A program made the position numbers and the translations under genes. The notes beneath the pieces were generated by a model that was not told the DNA's origin, did no database searches, and saw only the letters and a program-made list of their open reading frames with translations. Shown here one piece after another: positions 12,358 through 24,338 of a stretch of DNA of 42,904 nucleotides. The stretch's first letter is position 1. Each line of letters opens with the position of its first letter. The DNA is from Octopus bimaculoides (lineage: Eukaryota): contig NC_068987.1 in assembly GCF_001194135.2 (NCBI RefSeq), positions 106,368,376 to 106,411,279 of the forward strand. The letters are read 5' to 3'.

Positions 12358-12532
12358 CTTTCTACTATAGGCACAAGACCTGAAATTACATCGGCTCCGG
12401 TGTTTCACTGGTACTTAATTTATTGATCCTGAAAGGATGAAACGCAAAGTCGACCTCGACGGAATTTGAATAAAGAAGAAATAATGCAAAGAATTTCGCT
12501 CAGAGTGCTAATGATTCTGTCAGTTCGCCGCC
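12358..12532 (-). mobile_element. SINE family A, internally deleted
   Basis: ctttctactataggcacaag...gaaaggatgaaacgcaaagtcgacctcgacggaatttgaa...cagttcgccgcc. Confidence 0.85.
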
Positions 12533-12779
12533 AAATAATAGTAAAAAGGATGATTTCTTTTATTGAACGCAAAATCCCAAGACATCAAGGGCAAGTTACC
12601 GCACACAAAAACACAGAACAAAACAAAAATACAAAAACAAGTGGTGTTAATATCGATGAAGGGGAGATACTCCTACATTAAAGAATACAACAGAGGATAT
12701 ATAATTGAAAGTAGAGAAATAAACAATAAACAAAAAAGTAAATAAATAGTATCCCCAATGGCGGAGGATGTTCACAACG

Positions 12780-13830
12780 GACTGAACTGGGAAACATATT
12801 TCGCCACTATGCGACAGCAGGTGTTGGATTTAATTATTTCTAGTAGTCAGCAATCCTTGAACGCTGGAAGAGTGTGTGCAGAACAGAATCGTCGCTCGGC
12901 AGAAATCTCGACTAGGCTCGACTGAGTGATCATCCATTCCTGTAGCGATTATCCGGATTCAGCAATGTTCGCCCCAAATTCGGTAGCAAATCCTGTTTAG
13001 AGATTTCTCGGAATTAGCCGTGTGTCACAACTGAAAAATCTTCCGGAACAGGTTCCCCAGTTGACTGTCGTCCAGGCTTACCGTGAACCCCAAAACGTCG
13101 TCGTTTTTTGCTCCCCACGCCTTCCCTACAAAAACCGGGATGGAATTTCAATGATCGTGCTGTCCTGTTGGAAGTGACCTGTAATTCTCTGGCAGCAGTC
13201 TGAATGTCATTCATCAAAGTCTGCTTCTCTGATAAAGAGACGTACCTTGGAAATGCGAACCTGACAAACAACGATCACACATGCAAACTGTTAAGGAAAC
13301 ACTGGAGATGCTGAAGTCTCATTCCACGTCCCCACATCGCCATCTACGACATACCCAGTCCTCAATTCAATGGGTAATAAATTCATTGGTATCAATGGAC
13401 CTCCTCAGCAGTGGAAATTGTCTCTGCCACCTAAGAACTGGGGAGAAATGTTACGTGGTTACTATATGAGAGAGGCGATGTAAACCTTCACCACCGCCAC
13501 AGACCTTTCAAGGATAGCTTTCTCTCGGTCCGTTTTTCTATAAAATTATTAACTTTGCTCATCATATTGCTTAAATTCTCCAAGATTTGGGGCAATCTAG
13601 CCAGTCCGTCCATCGAGCAATCTAGCCAGTCCGTCCGTCGAGAGTACTACAACGCTGTTGGAAGGCATGGATCTGCCTCTCCATGTCAAGTAGCAGGCAC
13701 AAGGAAATTCCATGATTGATACTCCTTTTATCACACAATGTGCCGCTTTAGAATAGCGCCAGCCAACAGGATGTCCCTAGTGATCTTGATTATGCTGATG
13801 ACGTCTTTTGCATATGGGATGCCCACACTG
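12780..13830 (+). mobile_element. Heavily decayed APE-RT LINE (RTE-like) remnant
   Basis: RT catalytic-type motif DLDYADDV at 13782-13805 and APE-like LTVVQAY at 13061-13081; elevated GC; no continuous frame; boundaries approximate. Confidence 0.4.
13592..13641 (+). repeat. 25-bp tandem duplication
   Basis: gcaatctagccagtccgtcc(a/g)tcga x2. Confidence 0.95.
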
Positions 13831-13930
13831 TAATTCAGCATTCTAGATCATGCTATGCCTCTCAAAGTCTCCGGCTTTTGCAGTAATTGTTCAAGAGTCA
13901 AAACATAAAGGAGGGTAGTAAGATATAATT

Positions 13931-14043
13931 AAAATAATCTACTAAATAATCTACTAAAATAATCTACTAAATAATCTACTAAAATAATCTACTAAATAAT
14001 CTACTAAATAATCTGCTAAAATGATCTACTAAAATAATCTACT
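13931..14043 (+). repeat. Minisatellite, 9 units of (a)aaataatctact (12/13 bp)
   Basis: Unit lengths 13,12,13,12,13,12,12,13,13. Confidence 0.95.
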
Positions 14044-14590
14044 AAAAGTAGTAAAATGAAAGTAGTAAAACAAAGAAAACAGGTAAAATATAGAAAAATA
14101 TAATGTTGCAAAATAAACTCTTGAGCCAGCTCTGATTTCTGCGACGGTTCTTGTCTCAATCCAGTTTCTCCGTTGTGGTCTTATGGTACCTTGCTGGTCT
14201 TTCCCGCTCAGGCTGTCACTTTCGTGCTACCATACAGTCGCTTTATTTGATCACAAGCAGGAGTAGTAGGGGACTATCAAAGACGGGCTGAGAGGGATTC
14301 TATGGGATTTAAATAGTTCACTGTTGGAAACATGAGTGTTTCATACAATCACCTTTAAAGCTAGCTTTTCAGTGGAGTGCGTTACTCAACATGAACAAAA
14401 TTCAGAGTCTCACGTGCAATATCATGCGCTATTTATCTTAATAACAACTCACCATTTTGCACAGATATCGTTGAGTGCCTGGTATAGCTTTATCAGACTG
14501 GAAGTCATGATATATGAATTGAGCTTTGTATATTTGTACCCCAGTATCTCTTTAATGGCGTGTGCTACTCTCCCACTCAATAATAACAAT

Positions 14591-14808
14591 AATCCTTTCT
14601 ACCATAGACAACAAGGCCTGAAATTTGAGGGGATGAGTAAGTTGATTACATCGATCCCAGCGCGTAACTGGTACTTATTTAATGGATCCCCGAAAGAATG
14701 AAAGACAAAAATCAATCTCTGCGGGATTTCAACTCAGAATATAAGGACGACGAAATGCCGCTAAGCATTGTAACAGGGGTCCTAACGATTCTGCCCGTTC
14801 TCCGCCTT
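14591..14808 (-). mobile_element. SINE family A, tail type i
   Basis: aatcctttctaccatagacaacaaggcctgaaatttgagggg...gaaatgccgctaagc...tctccgcctt. Confidence 0.85.
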
Positions 14809-14812
14809 ACTC

Positions 14813-14852
<40 letters not shown>

Positions 14853-14943
14853 TTAATAATAATAATAATAATAATAATAACGACAATAATAATAATAACA
14901 ATAATAATAATAATAATAATAATAATGATAATAATGATAATAA
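14813..14943. repeat. (AAT)n microsatellite
   Basis: Seen directly; gives the poly-Leu ORF 14782..15009. Confidence 0.98.
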
Positions 14944-15700
14944 GATCTCCACAATAGTAATGAACAAGTACTTATCCAAGACTGCATGCTGCGGCTTGCG
15001 TGTAAGCACGAAAGCAGCAAAAGATCACACTACATTGTCAAGGTGATTTGCAAATTCGCAAAGGAATTCGGCATTAACCCTGAATTAGATGAATAATCTG
15101 AAAGCACTGCCACCAAACAAGTAAGACGGATTAAACTGACTGCAAAAGTACGGGCAGAAATAAAGGATGGAGCCAGAAGCCTCTACATGGACAGTATGTA
15201 CTTCGAAGCCGAAATGCTGACTTAGACCAAACAACAACCCGTCAGTGGTTTTGAAAGTAGGGACTGAAGGTTTCAAACTAGCGGCACAAGATCAAAGCTT
15301 GTTTACCAAAAGTTACCAGGCTAACCTTCTTCAAAATGGTTCTGACCCTAAATGCAGAATCTACGATAAATTTGATGAAACAATAGAACATCTCGTCTCA
15401 GGATGTCCTGTGCTGACATCAAACGAATACAAAAATTTCCACCATGGGCGAGGACAATATTTACATTGAAAAATATGTAAACACTACAAAAATCAACACT
15501 CCAGCTTTCTGGTATGAACATCAACCTGAGCCAGTCGTTGAAGATAAAAAATGTCACTATCCTCTAGGACAGAATAATCCAGGATAATCTACCAGACAGT
15601 TATTAAAGACAGGGAACTAAATACTTTAAAACTAATAGTGTTCCCACTGATAAAAGTATATCTGTAAAAGAATTTGACAAATTAACTAAATATAAGGACC
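14944..15700 (+). mobile_element. 5'-truncated, decayed R4/Dong-like non-LTR retrotransposon (zinc knuckle plus RLE)
   Basis: Across frameshifts: WSQKPLHGQY...QW...TEGFKLAAQDQSLFTKSYQA...PKCRIYDKFDETIEHLVSGC (degenerate CCHC)...QYLH*KICKHY...WYEHQPEPVVEDK...PTDKSISVKEFDKLTKYKD. Confidence 0.85.
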
Positions 15701-16710
15701 ACACCTTCACCTGGAATTTCGGCAGAAGAAGAGTATAGCGGCTTTCACTCTCTGTGATTAATACACTTATAAATTATCGATCTCTTTTTGTTGGAAATCT
15801 TCTCCTCTTCTAGGAGAACCACGGCCCCTGTTCAAATGGTTCCCTTGCAAAGACATCAGTGGCTCATGTATTTATTATTTTTGCGAAGGGATTTTTTCCT
15901 TCGGTAGTGTATTGATGCTGTCTTCGTAAATAACATTACTGCTGATACCGTTCTAGAAGTCAGCGTGTTTGTTGATGCCGATAGTGCTGCTGTCGATGAT
16001 AATATTATCGTTGTGGTTGATTTCGTTACTACTAGTATTGTAGTTGTTGTTCTTGCTGATGTCGTTATTGTTGTTGTAGGATTGTCAAAGGTCATGCTCG
16101 TATTAGTGGTCTTGTTTGACTGCAGTCTATGTTGTTGTTGCTGTGGGTCGGGATGGTGGTGGTTGTGTTGGGGTTATTGCCTGTAGCCTCTTTGCAAAAG
16201 TCAAAGGGGATGGCGACCGATACGCATGGTTGACTACTCTGCCTCGGGTCGATTGAACACGAGGAAGCAGATACATATACTCCTACACCGACTCCTCTGT
16301 TTAGACTAGCGCTGGCCACGTGAAAAGGGATAGATTGAAAAATATGTCCGAGAAAGTTTTATATATGTATATATATATATATATATATGTGTATTCCAAT
16401 GAATTTAGGTAAATAATCCTTCGTACGAACAGTCAGTAGCGACGCCTGCTGGGTTCGGTTGCTCTACATTAATAAGGGGCAATACCTCGAAAGTAGTCTG
16501 TAGATACCAGACAAGCAAGGAGAAGCAGCTGACCTCCACTGTTCGAAAGTTATAATGGACACAGGTTCGTGTGTCACATAGCTAGCTAGAGGCGATGGCC
16601 TCTTGGAGGTAACCTACGGCAGCATTCGTACTACCTTTTGGCGTTAACTATTAATAACCAGTACCGCTGCCGTAGTCTCCTTTAGAGAGACTTCAAACAT
16701 TCTATCTTTT

Positions 16711-16783
16711 CTCTGTCTGTGTGTCTGTCTCTGTCTGTCTCTGTCTGTCTGTCTGTCTGTCTCTCTCTGTATACACACACCCA

Positions 16784-16870
<87 letters not shown>
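16711..16870. repeat. (CTGT)n/(CA)n/(TA)n microsatellite
   Basis: Seen directly. Confidence 0.95.
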
Positions 16871-16871
<1 letters not shown>

Positions 16872-17199
16872 TACCTCCCTAAATATCTGCTTTGTTTATC
16901 CTTCTCATTATCTTTCTACACATTTATTTTTTAAATTTCGAACCAGATTAATTCTTTGTTGGTAGCGAATCTTTCCCCTTCGCAAGTTGAATTGGACCTG
17001 CACAAGGAACTATTGTATTTCCGTTGCTACCAGAGTAGACAGGCATGAACGTTGCTTGGTGTTAGTTTGCAGCGCTTAGTCTCGATTCTGTTTTGGGTTT
17101 TATGTTTTTCTATCCAAGCAAGAATTATCGAATCTCGTTCGCTCCTTCGTATATCACACACTACTTCGTATTTCTTTCGATAATATTCGTAAATAACAT

Positions 17200-17519
17200 A
17201 CTTTATATACATACATATATATTTACACACACAGACACACATATATATATGTATATATATATATATATATATGTGTGTGTTTGTGTGTGTGTGTGTAAGT
17301 AAATACACACACAAATACAGACGCGAACACATGTTATAGAGACGCATAGACCTTTATACATGCAAACCGTATACACCTATATGTGTGTGTGTGTGTGAGT
17401 GTGTGTGTGTGCATGCGTGTGCGTGTGTGTGTGCGTGTGCGTCAGTGGGTGTTTTATGTGTGTACGTGCGCTTGTGTGTGTGTAAATATATATATAAATT
17501 TTACATGTATATATATACG

Positions 17520-17551
<32 letters not shown>

Positions 17552-18323
17552 TACACACACATACGTATATATATATCTATACATAAATGAATGCGTATAT
17601 GTATACGCACATATGCACAATTACCTACAAATACACACTCACCGCACCCCACACTCACCCATAAAACATACATATATATACACATAGATATATATCTGTG
17701 TGTTTGTGTGTGTGTGTGTTTGTGTGTGTATGCCTGTGTGTATGTGTGTTTGTCAGTGTATATACATGAAATACAACTAAAAGTAAAACAGAAAACTTTC
17801 TGTTGGCGTATGAACATATATTCAGCCATTGACAGCGAGATTAAAGAACCCCAAGTCAATTAACAATTGTATTAAAGGAAATATTGTAACCATAATTAAA
17901 TGAAGCCTCTTCCGTCACTATGATTCCTCATTGGTTTTAGAAGCAACTCTTGAATAGCTTCTTTTCTTTTTCTTTTTCACATCTACCCTTGCATAGACAG
18001 CTGAATAAATCTCACTTATCGTACCGCAAAAGGTTTTTTTCGATTGATTCGCTCCTGGAAACTGAAGGAGGTGCGCATGATGTCTTCATCTTGTTACTTA
18101 TCATTATAATGCCTTTGTCATTGCAACACCACTTCTTAGCAGACCATCTTTTTATAGTAGATGTGAGCCGCGCACTTTTTCGTATTTGGTGCTCAATCGA
18201 TTTCTATTAAAAGGAATAGACTTGATAATCGTTTCTTTTCTAAGTATTTCTGCCATGCTTCTCTGCTTTTCCACTGTGTTTTCTATCTTCAAGCTTATTT
18301 GATTTCAGGTGTGTGTATTGTGC

Positions 18324-18363
<40 letters not shown>

Positions 18364-18474
18364 TTGTGTGTTTGGGTATGCATGTGGTTGTGAGTGTACA
18401 GAAGTATATATGCACGTCTGTATGTGAGTACGTTCCTGTGTATGTATCATCACGTGTATATGTATATATGTATA

Positions 18475-18513
<39 letters not shown>

Positions 18514-18611
18514 GTGTGTGTGTGTGTGTGTATAAATTCACACACAAATATAGAGGCAAACGTTTATGTACATAGATATAAACATTTATACATGCAAACC
18601 GCATACACACA

Positions 18612-18655
<44 letters not shown>

Positions 18656-18946
18656 CGTGTGTGTGTGTGCGTTTGCATGTGTATATATATATTTACCTAT
18701 ATGACTGTATATGTATGTATATTTATACATCGTTATCTTTGCATATTACATAATCTCTCTCTCTCTCTATATATATACAGACATTATTCATATAAGCTCA
18801 CAGAGGCACATATTACACATCATCCTGCCATACATGCCTCTCTATAAGTGTATGCTCATGTACGTAGTATTTATATATGTATGTGTGTGTGTGTGTACAT
18901 ATATGTACATATATATATATATGTACATATGTACACACACACACAT

Positions 18947-18998
<52 letters not shown>
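17200..18998. repeat. Two large (TA)n/(CA)n/(TG)n mosaics (~17200-17760 and ~18310-18998)
   Basis: Seen directly; source of the [12 protein letters not shown] ORFs. Confidence 0.9.
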
Positions 18999-19290
18999 NN
19001 NNNNNNNNNNNNNNNNNNNNNNNNNNNNNNNNNNNNNNNNNNNNNNNNNNNNNNNNNNNNNNNNNNNNNNNNNNNNNNNNNNNNNNNNNNNNNNNNNNNN
19101 NNNNNNNNNNNNNNNNNNNNNNNNNNNNNNNNNNNNNNNNNNNNNNNNNNNNNNNNNNNNNNNNNNNNNNNNNNNNNNNNNNNNNNNNNNNNNNNNNNNN
19201 NNNNNNNNNNNNNNNNNNNNNNNNNNNNNNNNNNNNNNNNNNNNNNNNNNNNNNNNNNNNNNNNNNNNNNNNNNNNNNNNNNNNNNNNNN
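18999..19290. other. Assembly gap (N)
   Basis: Run of N flanked by (TA)n. Confidence 1.
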
Positions 19291-19505
19291 ATATATATAT
19301 ATATATATATATATAAATCTTATCGAATATAATGTAGTGTTCATGCTGCAGAAATTATGGAAAGTCAAAATCTGAGAAACACTTTTATAATATTTGCTTC
19401 GGTTCCTTAAGTTTTTATGAGATAGATCAGAAAACACAGAAAACACAGAAAACACAGAAAACAACCGGAGTCAAAGTTTTTCTTGATAGAAATCTGAATT
19501 CAGAA

Positions 19506-19548
<43 letters not shown>

Positions 19549-20010
19549 CCTATCAATATATCACATGCGTATGTCATCAGCCTTTGCTTTTTCTTGAATA
19601 AAAGTAATTTTCTATATTAAATTCACTTCTGTTCTCAAGAGAATTCCAAGAACGGAATCACTGCTTCACAGTTGCACACACATAGAAAAGATTTTAAGAT
19701 GCATATGACGGGCGCAGGACGTTCCCCCCAGAGAGTGCACTTAAGCAGTGCATGGAAATTGTATCTTCTATGCGCTTTGTCCATTCTATGTATATGGTTC
19801 GATACCAAATGCACATGTGACACCCGTGATATAACATATCGATTACTCTCTTCCTTACTCTCTCACTATAATTTTTCTCTCTCACTTTCTCTCTCTCTGT
19901 CTGTGTGTACGTGCATGGCTGTGTTGGTGTATGTCTGTGTGTGGCTGTGCTTCTAATTACCTCCCTTCTTTCTCCCTGTTTATCTGTATGCGTCTCTGTT
20001 TGCAATTCAT

Positions 20011-20310
20011 TCTCTCTCTCTCTTTCACTCTTTCTGTCTGTCTGTTTCTCTCTCTCTCTCTCCCTTTCACTTTTTCTGTCTGTCTGTTTCTCTCTCTCCC
20101 TTTCACTCTTTCTGTCTGTCTGTTTCCCTCTCTCTCTCTCCCTTTCCTTCTTTCTGTCTGTCTGTTTTTCTCTCTCCCTGTCACTCTTTCTGTCTGTCTG
20201 TTTCTCTCTCTCTCTCTCTCCCTTTCATTCTTTCTGTCTGTCTGTTTCTCTCTCCCACCTTCTCTCTTTCTGTCTGTATGCTTCTCTCTCTCTCTCCCTC
20301 CCTCTCTGTA
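20011..20310 (+). repeat. Compound minisatellite: ~28-bp core ccctttcactctttctgtctgtctgttt plus variable (CT)n, 6-7 units
   Basis: Cores start near 20021, 20062, 20098, 20140, 20176 and 20220. Confidence 0.9.
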
Positions 20311-20753
20311 CCTCTCTCACTACCTGACATATTGTCTTCCACTTATAATCTCACCTTAAATCTATAAATCATTCTCTGTGGTTTATTCTTTTTTCTCAGC
20401 TTCTATGTCTTCCTCTTTCTCCTCGCTTAATATGGTCCTTCCTCCAAGCCTCTCCCAGCGTAATTTTCTCACATCTTTAAGAAACTTCATTTCTCTCTAA
20501 TTATCTTTCTCAATCACAATCTCTGTATTTCTCTCTAAATCTCAATCATTATAACCCTTTTTCTCGTCACCATTTTAACTTTTCCCTCGCATACCTCGTG
20601 TCTTTATGTCCTTCCCTCAATCATTTTAATCTCATTTCGCCAATACCTGTTTGTCTACCTATTTCTACTTCTCTTACCATTTCTTTTAAGTTCTGTTCAT
20701 TATTAAATTCCAATGCAGTTTTTTTCTTGTACTTAATATATTTCTATCCTAAA

Positions 20754-20956
20754 GACAGCACGCTGACAAAATCGTTAGCACCCTGCTTAGCGGCGTTTAG
20801 TCCCACCGAACTTTGTGAGATCAAATTACGCCGGGTTCGACTTTGCCCTTCGTGGTCGGTCGTTAAAATATGTACCATTTGTGCACAGGGATCCCTGTAA
20901 TCAACTTAACGTCACCCCTGAAAATTGCTGTCAATATTCCAAAATTTGAAACCAAT
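20754..20956 (+). mobile_element. SINE family A, diverged, tail type ii
   Basis: aatcgttagcac...gcttagcggc...ttcgactttgccc...gaaaattgctg...ccaaaatttgaaaccaat. Confidence 0.8.
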
Positions 20957-21388
20957 ATATTACTGCCGTAATACTTTTGGCACTGAATTTTCGTTTAATT
21001 TTTTTTTCATACAGACTTAGTAATAATCGCAATATCGTTCTGACGTGTAATAATCTCAGTACCATACGTATGTGTGATATCTGAAGTCAACGCTCGATTT
21101 ATATTCGTACCTGCTAAATCCAATTATTTTAACTATTTCAACATCTGGTAGGAATGGTTTGATTATCCTTAGCTGATGACAAAACCACGAAGAAGCTCAG
21201 TCAAGAAATACAGTGTATGATATAAACCAATACAACGTTTTTTAAATTAACAAAATCGTAAACAAATGGAGATAAACAGGATAAATAATTCGAGTATGGA
21301 AAATACATTCATTTTAAGGTATATTTGGCTCTAAGGATTTTTAATCCATCCATCCGCACATATATAAATACCTACCTGCATGTTTATT

Positions 21389-21767
21389 GTTGGCACTTCG
21401 TCGCTAACGACGTCGAGGTTTCCAGTTGATTCGATCAACGGAGCAGCCTGCTCGTGAAATTAACGTGCAAGTGGCTGAGCACTCCACAGACACGTGTGCC
21501 CTTAACGTAGTTCGCGGGGATATTCAGCGTGACACAGTGTGGCATGGGTGGCCCTTTAAAATACAGGTACAACAGAAGCAGGAAGAAAAAGTGAGAGAAA
21601 GTTGTGGTGAAAGACTACAGCAGGTTTCGCCACCATCCTCTGGCAGAGCTTCGTGGAACTTTAGGTGTTTCCGCTCCATAAACACTCACAACGCCCGGAT
21701 TGGGAATTGAAACCGCGATCCCATGACCGCGTGTCCGCTGCCCTAACCACTGGACCATTGCGCCTCC
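21389..21767 (-). mobile_element. tRNA-derived SINE family B, near full length
   Basis: Minus strand ggaggcgcaatggtccagtggttagggcagcgg (A box)...ggtttcaattccc (B box); clear homology to 35733-35971. Confidence 0.9.
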
Positions 21768-21832
21768 ACTCCTGCATGCTTATATACCAACATACATACA
21801 TACATACATACATACATACATACATACATACA

Positions 21833-22137
21833 TGGGACTGAGAGGCAAATGTATGTTCCATCATAGAGGTCAGCTGCCATGCAGATATAAATATCTCTTT
21901 AAAAAAATCAAAGCAAAAGAGGATATCTAAGGACAACTGCTTCGAAACCTCCAGCTTCTATATCCAGATTATGAATTCATATTCATATCAATAATAATTG
22001 GAACACTAGGTTTTGTTAGTAAATGCTTAAAGGAGAATCTGGATAAACTGGGATTTTCAGCAAGAGAAATCGACCGGCTAATTCGTGCAAGTGCTATCTG
22101 TGAGTGGAACAGTGAAAATATGCAAGAATTTTCTCAA
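21833..22137 (+). mobile_element. RLE domain fragment of a second non-LTR family, decayed
   Basis: WD*EANVCSIIEVSCHADINISL-/-IKAKEDI*GQLLRNLQLLYPDYEFIFISIIIGTLGFVSKCLKENLDKLGF...LIR-/-QVLSVSGTVKICKNFLK. RLE E.S.P.D and +G.LG motifs; 2 frameshifts and stops. Confidence 0.7.
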
Positions 22138-22367
22138 GTCCCAAATAGGAATGTCTGTGTTAACTATACCCCAAAGCTGGGTCCTCAGAGGAAGATTGAT
22201 AGTTATTAAAAAAGTGGAAGAGACATACTGATTTTCCGCTCAAGGGGGAATGTTGGCCTACCCGCTTAGCCAGCGGGGTTGGCATCATTCGAAACCTAAA
22301 ACGATTTCAATTGCTTTATGACCTGCGATATATAATAGCATCCAACAGCCTGGTCGATCACTTGAGA

Positions 22368-22406
<39 letters not shown>

Positions 22407-22657
22407 TTGTCTATCTAATCTGTCTGTCTGTTTGTTTGTCTGTGTGTACGTGTCTGTCTGTATGTAAGTGTGAGTGTGCGTGTATGTGTGTGCGTATATA
22501 TATATATATGCGCATACATTTATGCAGATATGTTATACGAGCATTAATGAATGTATATGTGTGCGAGCATCAATACGTACGCACACAGACACACACACAG
22601 ACACACACAGACATATCCATGCTCACAGACGTGCTCACTCGTATTCACACACACACA

Positions 22658-22728
<71 letters not shown>

Positions 22729-23231
22729 CTATATATAAGCAAAAGTGCTAGTTTTACAATCTTTCTAAGAGGTCAGCGCAGTAGTTGTCCAAGCAAGTAA
22801 TATTCGCAGCCATTTAAACATTGCTGTGCATTCGAACTGATTCAATTGCGATTTTTTAACTCCAAGAGGGCATCTCATTTATCTGGTTAACGATGCAGAG
22901 CTGCATCCGATAAATGGCGAGCAAGGGAGCAAATCTCTACCACCTTCTAGCGACGGGATCACCAAACCAGTTCTGGTGCGCGTGTGTGTGTGTATATATA
23001 TATATGTAAATATGTATATATATGAGAGTTTTTGCTATCCAGAAGATTCAAAATGGCGCCTAAGGCTATGTAAGTGCTACGGAAGGACCGTAGTCAGACT
23101 CCCGGTCCAATAATATTATGTGTGAAAAATCTAGTGTTTGTCGTGTGTGTGAGCATGTCTATGTTAAATAAAATAAGACAACAAAGCCTAGGCAGTGAGA
23201 AATTTCTTGGACATTTATAAAGAAAAAGATA

Positions 23232-23279
23232 GTCTTACAGCTGTTTCAGGGATAGGGAGTATATCTCTTTATCATAAAT
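23232..23279 (-). ncRNA. Minimal type I hammerhead ribozyme motif, degenerate core (copy 1)
   Basis: ATGATAA-agagata[tactccc]tatccct-GAAAC-agct-GTA-agac. Stems II and III present; core altered at positions 3 and 8. Confidence 0.55.
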
Positions 23280-23423
23280 GATATGAGAGAGTTAAATAGA
23301 AGGAAATACTAGAGTTCAATATAAAAAGTTATTTTGGAAAGGGAGAGATATAGGAATTATAAGCAAAAATAAGAGAATAAAGGTATATGTGAAATTTCTG
23401 GGACATTTATAAAGAGAGAGATT

Positions 23424-23470
23424 GCCTTAAAGCTGTTTCAGAGATATGGGGATATTCCTTCATCGTAGTA
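23424..23470 (-). ncRNA. Minimal type I hammerhead ribozyme motif, degenerate (copy 2)
   Basis: ACGATGA-aggaatat[cccc]atatctct-GAAAC-agct-TTA-aggc. Confidence 0.5.
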
Positions 23471-23764
23471 GATTTCAATATAGAAAGTTATTTTGGAAAG
23501 AAAGAGATATGGGAAATATAAACGGAAATAAGAGAATAAAGATATATGCTGGATGTTACAGTTAGAGTTTTATTATCCAACGAAAATGCAGTTTAGAAAA
23601 GGTAGAAATGCTTCTTGTCTAAGGCATGTAAATTCCGATAGAAATTCATATTTTGTTATTACAGATAGCGACATTAATTCCATGTCTCCACACTATCCAT
23701 CTATATATCCACACTACCTCACACTATATTGAACTCTACTATTTCCCTCTAATTCTCTCATATC

Positions 23765-23811
23765 GTCTCTGATGTAGGAATATCCCCATATCTCTGAAAC
23801 AGCTGTAAGAC
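23765..23811 (+). ncRNA. Minimal type I hammerhead ribozyme motif (copy 3, one core change A9U)
   Basis: gtct-CTGATGT-aggaatat[cccc]atatctct-GAAAC-agct-GTA-agac. Stem I gtct/agac, palindromic loop III AGCT, GUA cleavage triplet. Confidence 0.7.
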
Positions 23812-23876
23812 TACCTCTCTCTTTATAAATGTCCCAGAAATTTCACACTGCCTTGTCTTTGTTGTCTCATTTTACT

Positions 23877-23917
<41 letters not shown>

Positions 23918-24204
23918 CATACATACATACAAATATACATACATAAATACCTAAACATGAGCACACATATATAGAGAGACAATACATACATGCCTGCGTT
24001 TATGTATACATACATACATACATACATATATGCACAGAAACATATACACATACGTACTAATGTGCATAGGTTTCGTGATTATTTCACCAATTAGGCTTTC
24101 GGCGGTCGTTACATATCGCTAGTTACAATGTACTTTATCCCTGTTTTAGCTTTCAGATGACGCTACCCCGCTGGTGAGGTGAGCAGGCCAACAACTAACC
24201 CTGA

Positions 24205-24338
24205 ACAACGGGAAACAGGTGCAACATAAAATGAAGCATTTTGCACAAGAACACAACGTGCCGCCCGGTCATGGAATTGAACGTCCCATCTAGCAATCGC
24301 GAGTGAAACAGCCTGACCACTAGGCCACGCGCCTTCAC
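24205..24338 (-). mobile_element. tRNA-derived SINE family D head (CORE-like)
   Basis: Minus strand gtgaaggcgcgtggcctagtggtcagg (A box)...gttcaattcc (B box)...gtgttcttgtgcaaaatgctt. Confidence 0.7.

Larger units (their letters stand above)
23162..23881. mobile_element. Penelope-like pLTR / retrozyme-like element: two tandem units on - and one inverted unit on +
   Basis: - units at 23162-23390 and 23391-23548 (gaaatttc.ggacatttataaag at 23199 and 23391, period 192). + unit at ~23725-23881 is the reverse complement of 23162-23325. Each unit carries an HHR-like motif. Confidence 0.75.

Noticed and set aside
15856-16200. Hydrophobic, membrane-like ORFs
   Set aside because: Degenerate (GTT/GAT)n cryptic simple sequence; the same applies to 26140-26450 and 28727-29089.
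17990-18300. Mariner-like KLEDRKHSG on the - strand (also ITGDERF near 12225 on +)
   Set aside because: Isolated short motifs, wrong spacing to other transposase motifs, and no TIRs.
21168-21205. CTGATGA followed by agct and GTC
   Set aside because: No stem II pairing and GAAG instead of GAAA; expected by chance.
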